Of a stretch of DNA of 64,000 nucleotides, positions 47,654-58,457 are shown piece by piece. Below the pieces are notes generated by a model. It searched no databases and was not told the DNA's origin. It saw only the letters and a list, made by a program, of their open reading frames with translations. Source of the DNA: Christensenellaceae bacterium (lineage in GTDB: Bacteria; Bacillota; Clostridia; Christensenellales; Borkfalkiaceae); assembly GCA_045614165.1 (NCBI GenBank), contig JAZLCK010000004.1, positions 1,889 to 65,888 on the forward strand. The letters run 5' to 3'. The translations under genes were made by a program, and so were the position numbers. The number at the start of each line of letters is the position of its first letter. Positions within the stretch are counted from its first letter, which is position 1.

Positions 47654-49546
47654 CTATTTAAGCATAAATGCTGAATAGCCGATTATTTCGCCCGTTTCAA
47701 AGGTGGTTTTTCCTTTTTCGATTGTAGCGCATATTTCTTTATTGCTTGGGATAGCAAATACTTTATATTCGCCGTTAACGCTAATCTTGCCCCCTTTGAT
47801 TATGGTATGGTCTTCGGTCACGCCTTTGCCGTTTCTTAGTTCTGGAACGGTTGCTTTAACGTGGATAATTTTTCTATCTTCATTAGCCGTCATTGTGATG
47901 ATTGTGCCACCATTAAATCCACAAGTGTTAAACGACCTTTCAGTTAATAGTTTGTTTAATGCTTTTTCAAATAAATCGCGTTGTTCAATTAAGAAACTAT
48001 TAGAGTATGCCGTGCATAAATCAAAGCAAATGAGCGCGATATTTTCTTTAACTAATACTGCCGAATAATCCGTCACTTCGCCTTGTGGACGATAGAAGTA
48101 TCCGTGTCTTCCGTCCCATACTTTATTTGGGAAAATGCCTTTAACGTATCTAGCAAGTTCTTCACCAGACTTGTTTTTAAGAAGAACTGAGGGGTTATAC
48201 ATAGACCACTTTTCGCCGTTTTCTTCTAAAATGAAGTAAGCGTTGTCAGTAGTGTCAGGTGTGATTTCGGCAAAATCAGCAAGCCCTAGTTCTTTTGCAA
48301 AATCACAAGCCGTGCCAACGAACATAATTTTGCCACCATTTTTAGCAAAAGATATAAGTTTTTCTTTAACTACTTCATCAAATTCGTGGCACTCACCCGG
48401 AACGATTATCACTTTTTCCTTAGAAAAATCGCCATATTCATCGTGCACGTTGTATGGAACTTTTAGTTCACATAAAATTCTTGATAAACCCCTAACTTTT
48501 TCGAAGAATAGGTTTGCCGTGTGTGGATAAAGAATAGCAACGTCGTTAACGAACTTAGTACCGTTTACAAACGGTGCATATTCGTCCATTTTCTTAAATA
48601 CTTTTCCTGCTCTTTCTATAACCGTTTTAGAAAGACCTTCTACTGGGTGCAAGTGGTCGCCAAAAGAGAGTTGGTAGCCATTACATAACGCGTCGAACAT
48701 GTCGTTTTCGAAAGCAACTTGTGGTCTAATACCACCAAAGTCGCCCCAAGAATCAGCAAATCTACCCGTCATATAAACTAAATCTTCGTATTTAGTTCTA
48801 AAATAGGCAGCGTGTGGATACAAGAAATCGTAGCCCCAATGCCCTGCTGGCAAGCATTCTACTTCGGCGTGAGATGCTAGGTTTGGCATATTGTCAGGTC
48901 TTTCGGTGTTAAAGAATAAACGAATATCTTTTTTGATAAGTTCTCTAATGCTCTTTTCTACACTTTGAATAACCCTACGACTATATGCTAAAACTTCGTT
49001 GTCGTCATCAACGTTAACGCCTTCCTTTGCCATTTTATCTAAGCAGTTATGGCAGTAGCAAGGTCTTGGCCCCATACAATCAAGGAAGATACCATCAACG
49101 TCGTAATTTTCTACAACTTCTAAAACTTCTGCTCTTAGGTGGTCTGCAAAACCCGTGTTGTAGCAAGGCATTCTAAAAAAGTTTGCCGTTCTGTCGCCAC
49201 GAAGAACTTGACCTTGTTTATCAACAACCATCCAGTCTTGATGAAGATAGGTGTGTTCGTGGTTAAGCCCCGCGTTAAAATATGCTGTAACGCCGATATC
49301 GTATTTATGACAGGCATCTAAAACTTCTTTGAGAATATCGCGTTCTAACCCTGGGTATTTAATGCCGATTTTAGTGTTGTAATAACTAAAACCTATATTA
49401 CAGCGTGCGAAAAAGTTAATGTATCTAACCTTTGCCTCGCTTAAACTTTTTGCAAATTCTTCGGCGTTAAAATCCCTAAAAAGGTCTTTAATTCCCGGCA
49501 TTGTATGAAAGTCGAAGTGAAGTGCATTATTCATTGATTTAATCAT
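47654..49546 (-). CDS. putative glycoside hydrolase, GHL6-like TIM barrel with GH42M-like middle domain
   Basis: 630 aa, no signal peptide. N-terminal LHFDFHTMPGI...FFARCNIGFSYYNT...DIGVTAYFNAG matches my recollection of the hypothetical glycosyl hydrolase 6 family. Not verified by search. Confidence 0.55.
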   Translation of the reverse strand: MIKSMNNALHFDFHTMPGIKDLFRDFNAEEFAKSLSEAKVRYINFFARCNIGFSYYNTKIGIKYPGLERDILKEVLDACHKYDIGVTAYFNAGLNHEHTYLHQDWMVVDKQGQVLRGDRTANFFRMPCYNTGFADHLRAEVLEVVENYDVDGIFLDCMGPRPCYCHNCLDKMAKEGVNVDDDNEVLAYSRRVIQSVEKSIRELIKKDIRLFFNTERPDNMPNLASHAEVECLPAGHWGYDFLYPHAAYFRTKYEDLVYMTGRFADSWGDFGGIRPQVAFENDMFDALCNGYQLSFGDHLHPVEGLSKTVIERAGKVFKKMDEYAPFVNGTKFVNDVAILYPHTANLFFEKVRGLSRILCELKVPYNVHDEYGDFSKEKVIIVPGECHEFDEVVKEKLISFAKNGGKIMFVGTACDFAKELGLADFAEITPDTTDNAYFILEENGEKWSMYNPSVLLKNKSGEELARYVKGIFPNKVWDGRHGYFYRPQGEVTDYSAVLVKENIALICFDLCTAYSNSFLIEQRDLFEKALNKLLTERSFNTCGFNGGTIITMTANEDRKIIHVKATVPELRNGKGVTEDHTIIKGGKISVNGEYKVFAIPSNKEICATIEKGKTTFETGEIIGYSAFMLK

Positions 49547-49569
49547 ATTTATTCCTACCTATTAATTTA

Positions 49570-51501
49570 TTATCTTTTGCAACCTGCGCTACCGATAACG
49601 CCTCTAACAACGGCGTTGTTCATTGCTTCGTCTAGGTCTTTATAGAAATGTCTTTCAATTTCGTGAAGGTCACGAGAGTGGTCTTCCATAACGTGAGCAA
49701 GATAACGATGGTATTGGTCGAAGATATCTCTACAACCGATATAGTGGTTGTTTTTAATAAAGATATGCCAAGAACATTGACCTTCTTCGTTAGCAACGTT
49801 AAACGAATTGCCTGATGGTGACCAGTATTGAAGGAATAGTCTTGAACTATAAATGTTGTGTTTGTCTGGGTGGTGAATAATAACGTTGTTGCCGTTATAC
49901 CAGTTAGAGCAAGAGCCATCGTGGTATAAGCAAGAGAAGTATCTTCTTTGAAGTGCAGTTCTTGGAGTTTCTACGATATAGTTTTCGTGAACGTAGTTGA
50001 TAATGCTATCGTTATCGTGGCTAACGTTTCCACCAAGCATATAAATTGCGCCACCGTCTGCCGTGTAAATCATAAACGTTTTAATGAAGTTGTGTGAAAT
50101 ATCCGCGTTGAGAACGTTTATTCTTTCGCCGTAAGCGAACTTAGGACATTGCCACAACCAACCAACTGAAATTGCTGAATAGCCAGAATTTAGTATGGTG
50201 TTGTATTGAATTCTTAATCCATTTACCCTAGTTACGGTTAGTGCGCAGTTTTCGTTATAGTATGCACCCGTCACGTTGATGTAGTTGTTGATAATATCAA
50301 CGTTTTCTAGGAAGAATTCGTTGCCTTCGTCAGAATCAGGGGTTACTGCCGTGCCAAGTCTAACCGCAGATGCACCGATATTAGTAAAGTCGTTATCAAT
50401 AATTTTAACGTTTTTAAGAGTGTGTCTACCAGAAATTGCACCGCAAGGAATATCCTTAAACGCGCAGTTTTTAACGGTTAAGCCGTTTAGGTTTTCAGCG
50501 TATAATAGGCTATATGGTGGGAAGCCCCTAGAACCTTCTAGTTTATGAACGCCTTCCGCAATCATAACTGAGCAACCTGCTTGGCTAGAACACCAGTAGT
50601 TGTAGTTTTCTTTAATATAGTCGTTTACTTTTGTAAAGGTAATGCCGTCGAACTCTACGCTTTCAAGACCATCTAACACGAAAATTCTTGATGCGTTGCC
50701 AACAGCGTATGGTTTATTAAAGTTAAGGTCTTTGGTTCTAACGTAAAGTTTGCCTTCTTCTTGTTTATATACGTAGCCACCGTTTTGGATTAAAGACGCG
50801 ATATTGTTGCAAACAATCATAGGTCTATTGGTAAAGCAAAGATTTGGGTTGCCAATAATTCTTTCGTTAGGGTTAACGTAAACTGCTACGAAAGTTTTGC
50901 CCTTAGCGTCGGTATAGGTATCGTTTAAATCAACCTTTTCGGTGTGGCAAATCTTAAATTCCCATTCAACGAAAACGTGAAGTTCTACGCCGTTTTGGTT
51001 GTCAAGGTCAAGTGCTTTAACAGCGTTGATATCTAGATAAAATTTATGTCTATTTTCCCAGTCTGATACTGAAACGCCATAGCCGAATTGTACCATTTTG
51101 CCTTCTTTATTCATAAAGTAAGGAGAAATTTTATACATTTTGCTTTGTGCAATAGGAACTAACTTATCCCCTTTATAGAACGAACCGATACGTGGATAAT
51201 TTCCGTTTTCGTCCTTAGCGAATTGAACGTATGATAGTTCGCCATCGTTTATAAAATCGCTTTTGTCAAGGCTTTTTACAGAAGTGAAGATTGTATTGTT
51301 CTTTCCTGCGCCTAAAACTCTTAATTTCTTTTTGCCTTTTGCGCCTACAAAGTTAAAGTGATTTTCTTTGTCAAAGTTAAATCTGCCACTAGCGAAGTTT
51401 AAAGTCACTTCAACGTCGCCGTCTTTTGCTAAAACGGCTTTGGCCTTTTCTACTGCTTCTAAATAGTTGTTTTTACCTGCTTTTATTACTACAGTTTTCA
51501 T
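49570..51501 (-). CDS. right-handed parallel beta-helix repeat protein, paralogue A (cytoplasmic)
   Basis: 643 aa, no signal peptide or TM. PbH1-like repeats (LTVKNCAFKDIPCGAISG / VKIIDNDFTNIGASAVRLG / YNTILNSGYSAISVGW / SHNFIKTF..DGGAIYMLGGN). Confidence 0.75.
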   Translation of the reverse strand: MKTVVIKAGKNNYLEAVEKAKAVLAKDGDVEVTLNFASGRFNFDKENHFNFVGAKGKKKLRVLGAGKNNTIFTSVKSLDKSDFINDGELSYVQFAKDENGNYPRIGSFYKGDKLVPIAQSKMYKISPYFMNKEGKMVQFGYGVSVSDWENRHKFYLDINAVKALDLDNQNGVELHVFVEWEFKICHTEKVDLNDTYTDAKGKTFVAVYVNPNERIIGNPNLCFTNRPMIVCNNIASLIQNGGYVYKQEEGKLYVRTKDLNFNKPYAVGNASRIFVLDGLESVEFDGITFTKVNDYIKENYNYWCSSQAGCSVMIAEGVHKLEGSRGFPPYSLLYAENLNGLTVKNCAFKDIPCGAISGRHTLKNVKIIDNDFTNIGASAVRLGTAVTPDSDEGNEFFLENVDIINNYINVTGAYYNENCALTVTRVNGLRIQYNTILNSGYSAISVGWLWQCPKFAYGERINVLNADISHNFIKTFMIYTADGGAIYMLGGNVSHDNDSIINYVHENYIVETPRTALQRRYFSCLYHDGSCSNWYNGNNVIIHHPDKHNIYSSRLFLQYWSPSGNSFNVANEEGQCSWHIFIKNNHYIGCRDIFDQYHRYLAHVMEDHSRDLHEIERHFYKDLDEAMNNAVVRGVIGSAGCKR

Positions 51502-51525
51502 TTTCTTCTCCTTGAATTGTTTTAT

Positions 51526-53445
51526 TTATCTTTTTGCACCCGCGTTATCGATTACGCCTTTAACAACGGGGTTTATTATTGCTTCGTTTAAGTCTTTATA
51601 GAAATGTCTATCCGATTCGCGTATGTTGCGTGTATTATCTTCCATAACGTGTGCAAGATAGCGGTGATATACGTCGAAAACATCTCTACAACCGATGTAG
51701 TGGTTGTTTTTAATAAATATATTCCAAGCGTTTTGCCCTTCTTCGTTTGCGATATTAAACGATTGTTTGGTTGGCGACCAGTATTGAATAAACACTCTTG
51801 AACTATAAATATTGTGCTTGTCTGGGTGGTGCACTATAACGTTGTTGCCGTTATACCAACTTGTGCAAGAACCATCGTGATATAGGCAAGAGAAAAACCT
51901 TCTTTGAAGTGCCGTTTTTGGCGTTTCTACGATATAGTTTTCGTGAACGTAGTTCATTATAGCGTCGTTTTCGTGTTTTGCATTGCCACCTAGCATATAA
52001 ATCGCGCCACCATCAGACGTGTAAATCATAAACGTTTTAATGTAGTTATGCGAAACGTCAGCATCGATAACGTTTACCCTTTCGCCGTAATCGTAGTCTG
52101 GGCAGAGCCAACGCCAACCAACCGAAATTGCCGAATACCCTGAGTTAAGTATGGTGTTGTATTGTAGTCTTAACCCCTTAACACGCGTTACGGTGATTGC
52201 GCAGTTTTCATTATAATACGCACCCGTAACGTTTATATAGTTATTGATAATTTTAACGTTTTCTAGATAGTAATTATCTTCTTTCTTAGTGACGTCGGCT
52301 GGGACAGGAGAACCAAGTCTTACGGCAGACGCGCCTAAATCGATAAAATCGTTATCTAATATATTTACGTTTTTAAGTGAATAATTACCAGAAATAGCGC
52401 CACAAGGCAACATTTTGAAAATACAATCTTTTACGGTTAAGCCGTTTAGTTTGGTTGCATAAATTGCACTATAAGGAACAAATTCACCTTTAAGACCTAG
52501 TTGTTCCGACATACCCGATGCACCGGCTTGACCAGAACACCAATAGTCGAATTTATCTTTGATAAAGTCGTTAGTCTTAGTAATGGTAATGCCTTCAAAC
52601 TCCACGCTTTCTAGTCCGTTTAGAACGAATATTCTAGATGCTTTACCTATTGAATATGTTTTGCTAAAATCAAGGCCTTTGGTTCTAACGTAAAGTTTGC
52701 CTTCACGCTGATTATAAACGTAGCCACCATTTTCTTTAAGGTTTGCGATGCTATTGCAAACGTACATAGGTCTGTTTGCAAAGGTTAGTTTGTTGTGCCC
52801 CATTACCTTTTCTTCTGGGTTGATTAAAACGGCAACGAAAGTCTTACCCTTTTCATCTACGATTTTATCGTTTAAGTCAACGCCAATAGCGTGACATATC
52901 TTAAACTCCCACTCAACGAAAACTTGTAGTTCTACGTTGCATTTTTCTTCTAGCCCTAGTTCTTTAACGCTTTCTAGCGCTAGATAGAATTTGTGCCTGT
53001 TTACCCATTCATCGTGATGTCCGTAGCCCCATTTTGCGAAATTCCCATTCGCATCCATAAAATATGGCGAAATGCGGTATCTTTTGCTTTTTGCAATAGG
53101 CACTTTAACGTCACCCTTATAAAGTGAGCCGATGCGTGGATAGTTTCCGTTTTCGTCCTTAGAAAATTGAACGTATGATAGTTCGCCACAAGAAATGAAA
53201 TCTTTTTCTAAAAGTGTTGATACTGATGAGAAAATAGTGTTCTTTTTATCAGCGCCAAGCACTCTTAATTTCTTTTTGCCTTTTGTGCCTTCTAAATCAA
53301 AAACGTTCTCTTTTGTAAAATTATACCTACCACGCGCGAAGTTTAAGGTCACTTCCACGTCGCCGTCTTTTAAAAGAATTGCTTTTACCTTTTCTACAGC
53401 GTCTAGGTAATTGTTTTTGTTCGCTTTTATTGCTACAACTTTCAT
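51526..53445 (-). CDS. right-handed parallel beta-helix repeat protein, paralogue B
   Basis: 639 aa, collinear with paralogue A along the full length with long identical blocks. SD is AAGGAA. Confidence 0.75.
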   Translation of the reverse strand: MKVVAIKANKNNYLDAVEKVKAILLKDGDVEVTLNFARGRYNFTKENVFDLEGTKGKKKLRVLGADKKNTIFSSVSTLLEKDFISCGELSYVQFSKDENGNYPRIGSLYKGDVKVPIAKSKRYRISPYFMDANGNFAKWGYGHHDEWVNRHKFYLALESVKELGLEEKCNVELQVFVEWEFKICHAIGVDLNDKIVDEKGKTFVAVLINPEEKVMGHNKLTFANRPMYVCNSIANLKENGGYVYNQREGKLYVRTKGLDFSKTYSIGKASRIFVLNGLESVEFEGITITKTNDFIKDKFDYWCSGQAGASGMSEQLGLKGEFVPYSAIYATKLNGLTVKDCIFKMLPCGAISGNYSLKNVNILDNDFIDLGASAVRLGSPVPADVTKKEDNYYLENVKIINNYINVTGAYYNENCAITVTRVKGLRLQYNTILNSGYSAISVGWRWLCPDYDYGERVNVIDADVSHNYIKTFMIYTSDGGAIYMLGGNAKHENDAIMNYVHENYIVETPKTALQRRFFSCLYHDGSCTSWYNGNNVIVHHPDKHNIYSSRVFIQYWSPTKQSFNIANEEGQNAWNIFIKNNHYIGCRDVFDVYHRYLAHVMEDNTRNIRESDRHFYKDLNEAIINPVVKGVIDNAGAKR

Positions 53446-53457
53446 ACCATTTCCTTT

Positions 53458-55356
53458 TTATCGCCTACAACCAGCGTTGTTTTTAATTGCAACGACATTT
53501 GGATTTTTCATCGCGTCTTTTATATTTTTATAGAGGTGCATATCTTCTTCGAAAATATTGCGCGTGTTGTCTATCATAACGTGTGCAAGGTTTGGCGTGT
53601 AAATTTCTTCTATAACTTGGCAACCAACGTAGTGATTGCTTTTAATGTATATGTTCCAACTTGCAGCCCCGTCTTTTCTAGCGCAGTTAAAACTGTTTCC
53701 GTCTGCCGTCCAATATTGAACGAACATTCTTGCGCCGTATCCATCTATACTTCTATCGTGAACGACAACGTTGTCGGCATCGTGCCAGTTAGATGATGCC
53801 CCGTCGTGATAAAGACCAGAGAAGAATTTGTTTTCTGGGCAAGTGTATTTATCTTCTTCGATATAGTTATTATGAACGAAGTTGATTGCGCCCGTATAAG
53901 ATGGCAATGCGTTGCCACCAAGCATATAAATCGCGCCACCATCTAGCATATTGCACATATAAGACTTAATGTAGTTATGCGAAACGTCGCAGTTGAGTAG
54001 GTTTATTTTTTCGCCGTATTCACTAACGCCCGGCATCCAATACCAACCTACTGAAATAGCCGTATACGCCGAAGATAAAATGGTGTTGTATGCTATCTTA
54101 ACGTTTATACCCCTAGTTAGAAGTATCGCACAGTTTTCGCAGTATTTAACGCCCGTGCCTTTTATGTAGTTATCTAAAATGTTAACGTTGGTTAAATATT
54201 TATCTTCTTGAATATCTGGGTTTGGTTCGCCAAAGCGCATTGCTGAACCACCGATATTGATAAAGTCGTTATTTAGAATATCAACGTTTTTGCATTTAGC
54301 GTCTAATGAAATTGCGCCACAAGAAAGTTCTTTAAAAGCACAATCGGTAATAGTAAGCCCGTTTATCGTGCCGGCGTTTATTACTGAGTATTTAGGGAAC
54401 AATCTTCTGCTGTTAAACGTTTTATTATATAGGTCACTAGAACCGCCTTGACTTCCGTCCCAATAAGAAAGGTGCTCTTTTAAGTAGTCGTTAAATTTAG
54501 TAAAGCAAATACCTTTGATTTCTATTTTTTCAAAGCCTTCTAAATTAAACATTCTAGACATAAGCCCTATTTCATATTTTTTAGCGTAGTCTAAATCTTG
54601 TGTTCTAACGATTAATTTTCCGTCTTCTCTATTATAAACGTAGCCACCGTAAAGTTTAAGAACTGATAAGCAGTTGCAAATTCTAATTCTACGATTTGCA
54701 AGAGTTAAACTTTGGTTCGTCACAATCTTTTCTTCTGGATTAACGTAAACTGCTACGATAGTCTTTCCGTCTTTTGTGACAAAGGTATCGTTTAAATCCA
54801 CTCTATCTAAATGGAATTCGTTATAGTGCCACTCTATCCAAGCACGGAACAACACGCCTTTATGTTTATCAAGTGCTAGCGCGTTTACACTTTCAACGTC
54901 TAGATAAAACTTGTTTCTGTTTCCCCACTTACCATAGGTTGCTTCTACAACTTCGCCGTTATCGTTCATATAATAAGGCGCAATAACGTGCGCTTTACTT
55001 TCGGCAACGGGAATTAGTTTATCACCCACGAAGAAAGAGCCGACTTTTGGGTATAGCCCGTTTTCATCTTTTGGAAGTTGATAATAACTAAACTCCCCGT
55101 CTTTAACAAAGTGTTCAGCGCCAAATTTCTTGGTTGATTCTATAATAGTTTTTTTGTTAGAAACACCAAAAAGCCTAATGCTCTTTTTACCATTACAATT
55201 CTTAAAATCAAAGTCAATAAACTTTTCTACGTTATATCTTCCGCTTGAAAATAGAAAAGTAATTTCAACGTCTGTTTCCTTTTCGAATATGGCTTTTGCC
55301 TTATCAAAAAGTTCGTGCATGTTGTTTTTAGTTGGTTTAAACGTAAAAACTTTCAT
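53458..55356 (-). CDS. right-handed parallel beta-helix repeat protein, paralogue C (most diverged)
   Basis: The start is set at MKVFTFKPTKNN (ATG 55356) by alignment with the A/B N-termini (the track start is 55368). The same conserved blocks are present (CGAIS, YNTILSSAYTAISVGW, DGGAIYMLGGN). Confidence 0.72.
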   Translation of the reverse strand: MKVFTFKPTKNNMHELFDKAKAIFEKETDVEITFLFSSGRYNVEKFIDFDFKNCNGKKSIRLFGVSNKKTIIESTKKFGAEHFVKDGEFSYYQLPKDENGLYPKVGSFFVGDKLIPVAESKAHVIAPYYMNDNGEVVEATYGKWGNRNKFYLDVESVNALALDKHKGVLFRAWIEWHYNEFHLDRVDLNDTFVTKDGKTIVAVYVNPEEKIVTNQSLTLANRRIRICNCLSVLKLYGGYVYNREDGKLIVRTQDLDYAKKYEIGLMSRMFNLEGFEKIEIKGICFTKFNDYLKEHLSYWDGSQGGSSDLYNKTFNSRRLFPKYSVINAGTINGLTITDCAFKELSCGAISLDAKCKNVDILNNDFINIGGSAMRFGEPNPDIQEDKYLTNVNILDNYIKGTGVKYCENCAILLTRGINVKIAYNTILSSAYTAISVGWYWMPGVSEYGEKINLLNCDVSHNYIKSYMCNMLDGGAIYMLGGNALPSYTGAINFVHNNYIEEDKYTCPENKFFSGLYHDGASSNWHDADNVVVHDRSIDGYGARMFVQYWTADGNSFNCARKDGAASWNIYIKSNHYVGCQVIEEIYTPNLAHVMIDNTRNIFEEDMHLYKNIKDAMKNPNVVAIKNNAGCRR

Positions 55357-55387
55357 ACTACACCCCATTATATTCTATACGTTATTT

Positions 55388-55398
55388 ATTATATCACA
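55388..55398 (-). promoter_or_regulatory. extended -10 promoter element for the beta-helix operon
   Basis: Minus strand reads TGTGATATAAT (TGnTATAAT), about 30 nt upstream of ATG 55356. Confidence 0.45.
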
Positions 55399-55560
55399 TA
55401 TTATCTTTTTATGAAAGACCTTTTTTGAAATTTTTTATAGATTTTTTCTAGTTTTTTTCTAAAAATTTTTAAAAAAATAAAACCCTAATCGATTTAGCGT
55501 TTTGTTAAATCTTTCGGGTTTATAATTTTGTTTTTTTGGCTTTATTTTAGCACCAAATTA

Positions 55561-57066
55561 TTATTTCATTACTTGTGTTTTTTCTTTTTGAATAACGTCG
55601 TGCGCGCCACCTTCTACTATACTAGTTGCTGAAACTACGGTGAGTTTTGCTTTTTCTTGTAGTTCTTTAATGGTCATAGAACCGCAGTTGCACATTGTCG
55701 ATTTTACCTTAGACAAGGTCATTGCAACGTTATCTTTTAGTTTACCTGCGTATGGAACGTAAGAATCAACGCCTTCTTCGAACGATAATTTTTTATCGCC
55801 ACCAAGGTCGTATCTTTGCCAGTTCCTTGCCCTTTGAGAACCTTCGCCCCAATATTCTTTATAATAGTTGCCGTTTATGTTAACTTTGTTCGTAGGGCTT
55901 TCATCAAATCTAGCAAAATATCTACCTAGCATAACGAAATCTGCACCCATTGCAAGCGCAAGCGTTATATGATAGTCGTAAACGATACCGCCGTCTGAAC
56001 AAACGGGAACGTACACGCCCGTTTCTTCGAAATATTTATCTCTTTCTTTACACACTTCGATAAGTGCAGTTGCTTGGCCACGACCTATACCTTTGGTTTC
56101 TCTGGTGATACAGATAGAACCGCCACCGATACCTACTTTAACGAAGTCCGCACCAGCGTCTGCTAAAAATCTAAATCCATCAGCGTCTACAACGTTGCCT
56201 GCGCCAACTTTAACTTTTTCACCATACTTTTCTCTTATCCAAGCGATAGTTCTTGATTGCCATTCCGAAAAACCTTCTGAAGAGTCGATACAAAGCACGT
56301 CAACACCGGCATTTACTAATGCAGGAACACGTTCAGCGTAGTCCCTAGTATTGATACCTGCGCCAACAACGTATCTTTTAGAAGCGTCTAAAAGTTCGTT
56401 AGGGTTTTGTTTGTGTGTGTCGTAGTCTTTTCTAAACACGAAATATAAAAGTTTTTGGTCTTTGGTGATTATTGGTAGAGAGTTTAGTTTATTATCCCAG
56501 ATAATATCGTTTGCTTCTTTTAAGGTAGTGCCTTCGTAGGCGGTTATAAGTTTATCAAAAGGCGTCATAAAGTTTTTAACTTTTTCATCCAAACTCATAC
56601 GGCTAACGCGATAATCTCTACCCGTTACGATACCTAAAAGTTTTCCGTCTTCCGTTCCGTCTTCGGTAACGGCTACGGTTGAGTGGCCGGTTTTTTCTTT
56701 GAGTTCTAAAATGTCTTTAAGGGTGCTTTCTGGCGAAACGTTAGAATCGCTTTTTACAAAACCTGCTTTATGATTTTTTGCCCTTGCAACCATTTTTGCT
56801 TGTGATTCGATTGATTGTGAACCGTATATAAACGAAACGCCACCTTCGGTTGCTAGCGCTATTGCAAGCCTATCACCCGATACAGATTGCATTATAGCCG
56901 AAACCATTGGTATGTTCATTGTAATACTTGAAGTTTCGCCTTTTTTAAATCTAACAAGTGGGGTTTTAAGACTTACGTTTGCTGGTAAACATTCACTTGA
57001 AGAATAGCCTGGGATTAAAAGATATTCGCTAAAAGTACGCGATGGTTCGTTTATGTATTTAGCCAT
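55561..57066 (-). CDS. guaB: IMP dehydrogenase
   Basis: [23 protein letters not shown] start preceded by AAGGAGAG. CBS pair. Catalytic loop [11 protein letters not shown]. Confidence 0.9.
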   Translation of the reverse strand: MAKYINEPSRTFSEYLLIPGYSSSECLPANVSLKTPLVRFKKGETSSITMNIPMVSAIMQSVSGDRLAIALATEGGVSFIYGSQSIESQAKMVARAKNHKAGFVKSDSNVSPESTLKDILELKEKTGHSTVAVTEDGTEDGKLLGIVTGRDYRVSRMSLDEKVKNFMTPFDKLITAYEGTTLKEANDIIWDNKLNSLPIITKDQKLLYFVFRKDYDTHKQNPNELLDASKRYVVGAGINTRDYAERVPALVNAGVDVLCIDSSEGFSEWQSRTIAWIREKYGEKVKVGAGNVVDADGFRFLADAGADFVKVGIGGGSICITRETKGIGRGQATALIEVCKERDKYFEETGVYVPVCSDGGIVYDYHITLALAMGADFVMLGRYFARFDESPTNKVNINGNYYKEYWGEGSQRARNWQRYDLGGDKKLSFEEGVDSYVPYAGKLKDNVAMTLSKVKSTMCNCGSMTIKELQEKAKLTVVSATSIVEGGAHDVIQKEKTQVMK

Positions 57067-57233
57067 TTTACTGCTCTCCTTAACCAAAAATTGTGTATAT
57101 TTTTTTATTTTTCCTATTTTAACACAAATTTTGAAAAACGCCAACAATTATTAAGAGAAATAATAAATTTTTTATCGATTTTATTGAAATTTTACTAAAA
57201 TTTTTACACAAAGCGAATTTTTATTAAAAGCAC

Positions 57234-57263
57234 TTGAATTATTTACTTTTTTCGTGCTATAAT
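57234..57263 (+). promoter_or_regulatory. sigma70 promoter (extended -10) for the fprA-ZIP-rubredoxin operon
   Basis: TTGAAT (57234-57239), 18-nt spacer ending in TG-C, TATAAT (57258-57263). Confidence 0.6.
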
Positions 57264-57298
57264 ATCCTACTGGAAAACGTACTTTTTAAGGAGCATTT

Positions 57299-58453
57299 AT
57301 GAAAATTTCCGATTCAGTTAAATATGTTGGCGTTAACGACCACGAAATAGACCTTTTTGAAGGACAATACGTTGTTGAAAATGGTATGGCTTACAACTCA
57401 TACGTTGTGCTAGATGATAAAATAACGGTTTTCGACACGGTTGATGCTAGGTTTGGAAAGGCTTGGATAGACAATATTAAGGCAGTTTTAAATGGCAAAG
57501 AGCCTGACTATATTGTTATTCAACATATGGAACCTGACCATTCTTCTAACATCAATCTTTTTATGAGTGAATTTAAAAACGCTACTATCGTTTCTTCTTC
57601 TAAGGCGTTTGCTATGATGAAGAATTTTTATAAAAACGAATACGCTGATAGAAGAATTATCGTAAAGGAAAACGACGTTTTAAATACGGGCAAGCACACC
57701 TTTACGTTTATAGGTGCACCTATGGTGCATTGGCCAGAAGTTATCGTCACCTACGATGCGTATGATAAACTTTTATTCTCTGCCGACGGGTTTGGAAAAT
57801 TCGGCGCGCTAGACGTAGAAGAAGAATGGGCGTGCGAAGCAAGGCGATACTATTTTGGCATTGTTGGTAAATACGGCGCGCAAGTGCAAAATTTACTTAA
57901 AAAGTTGAACGGGATTACCGTTAAAGGCATTTTACCACTACACGGGCCCGTGCTTTTAGACAATCTTGAATATTATATTTCGCTATACGATACTTGGTCT
58001 TCTTACGGCGTGGAAAGCGACGGGGTTGCCATTTTTTACACTTCGGTTTACGGAAACACTAAAAAGGCAGTTCTTGCGCTAGACAGCAAGTTTAAGGCGC
58101 TTGGTTATGATAAAGTTAACGTTATTGACCTTGCTAGAAGCGATATGGCAGAGTGCGTTGAAGACGCGTTTAGATACGGCAAAATCGTGCTTGCAACCAC
58201 TACTTATAACGGCGAACTATTCCCCTTTATGCGCGAGTTTATTAATGAACTAACTGAGCGTGGCTATAAAAACCGCACGATAGGAATTATCGAAAACGGC
58301 AGTTGGGCGCCTATGGTTATCAAAAAGATAAAAGAAGCGTTTGAAAATTCTAAAAACATTACGTTTACTGAAAATAACGTTAGTATTCTTTCTTCTATGA
58401 ACGAAGAAGACGAAAAAAAATTAGAAAATCTTGCAAAAGAGATTATAGGTTAA
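57299..58453 (+). CDS. flavodiiron protein (FprA-type A flavoprotein)
   Basis: 384 aa. Metallo-beta-lactamase-like domain with the HMEPDH di-iron motif, plus a C-terminal flavodoxin domain (VAIFYTSVYGNTKKA). Confidence 0.88.
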   Translation: MKISDSVKYVGVNDHEIDLFEGQYVVENGMAYNSYVVLDDKITVFDTVDARFGKAWIDNIKAVLNGKEPDYIVIQHMEPDHSSNINLFMSEFKNATIVSSSKAFAMMKNFYKNEYADRRIIVKENDVLNTGKHTFTFIGAPMVHWPEVIVTYDAYDKLLFSADGFGKFGALDVEEEWACEARRYYFGIVGKYGAQVQNLLKKLNGITVKGILPLHGPVLLDNLEYYISLYDTWSSYGVESDGVAIFYTSVYGNTKKAVLALDSKFKALGYDKVNVIDLARSDMAECVEDAFRYGKIVLATTTYNGELFPFMREFINELTERGYKNRTIGIIENGSWAPMVIKKIKEAFENSKNITFTENNVSILSSMNEEDEKKLENLAKEIIG

Positions 58454-58457
58454 AATT

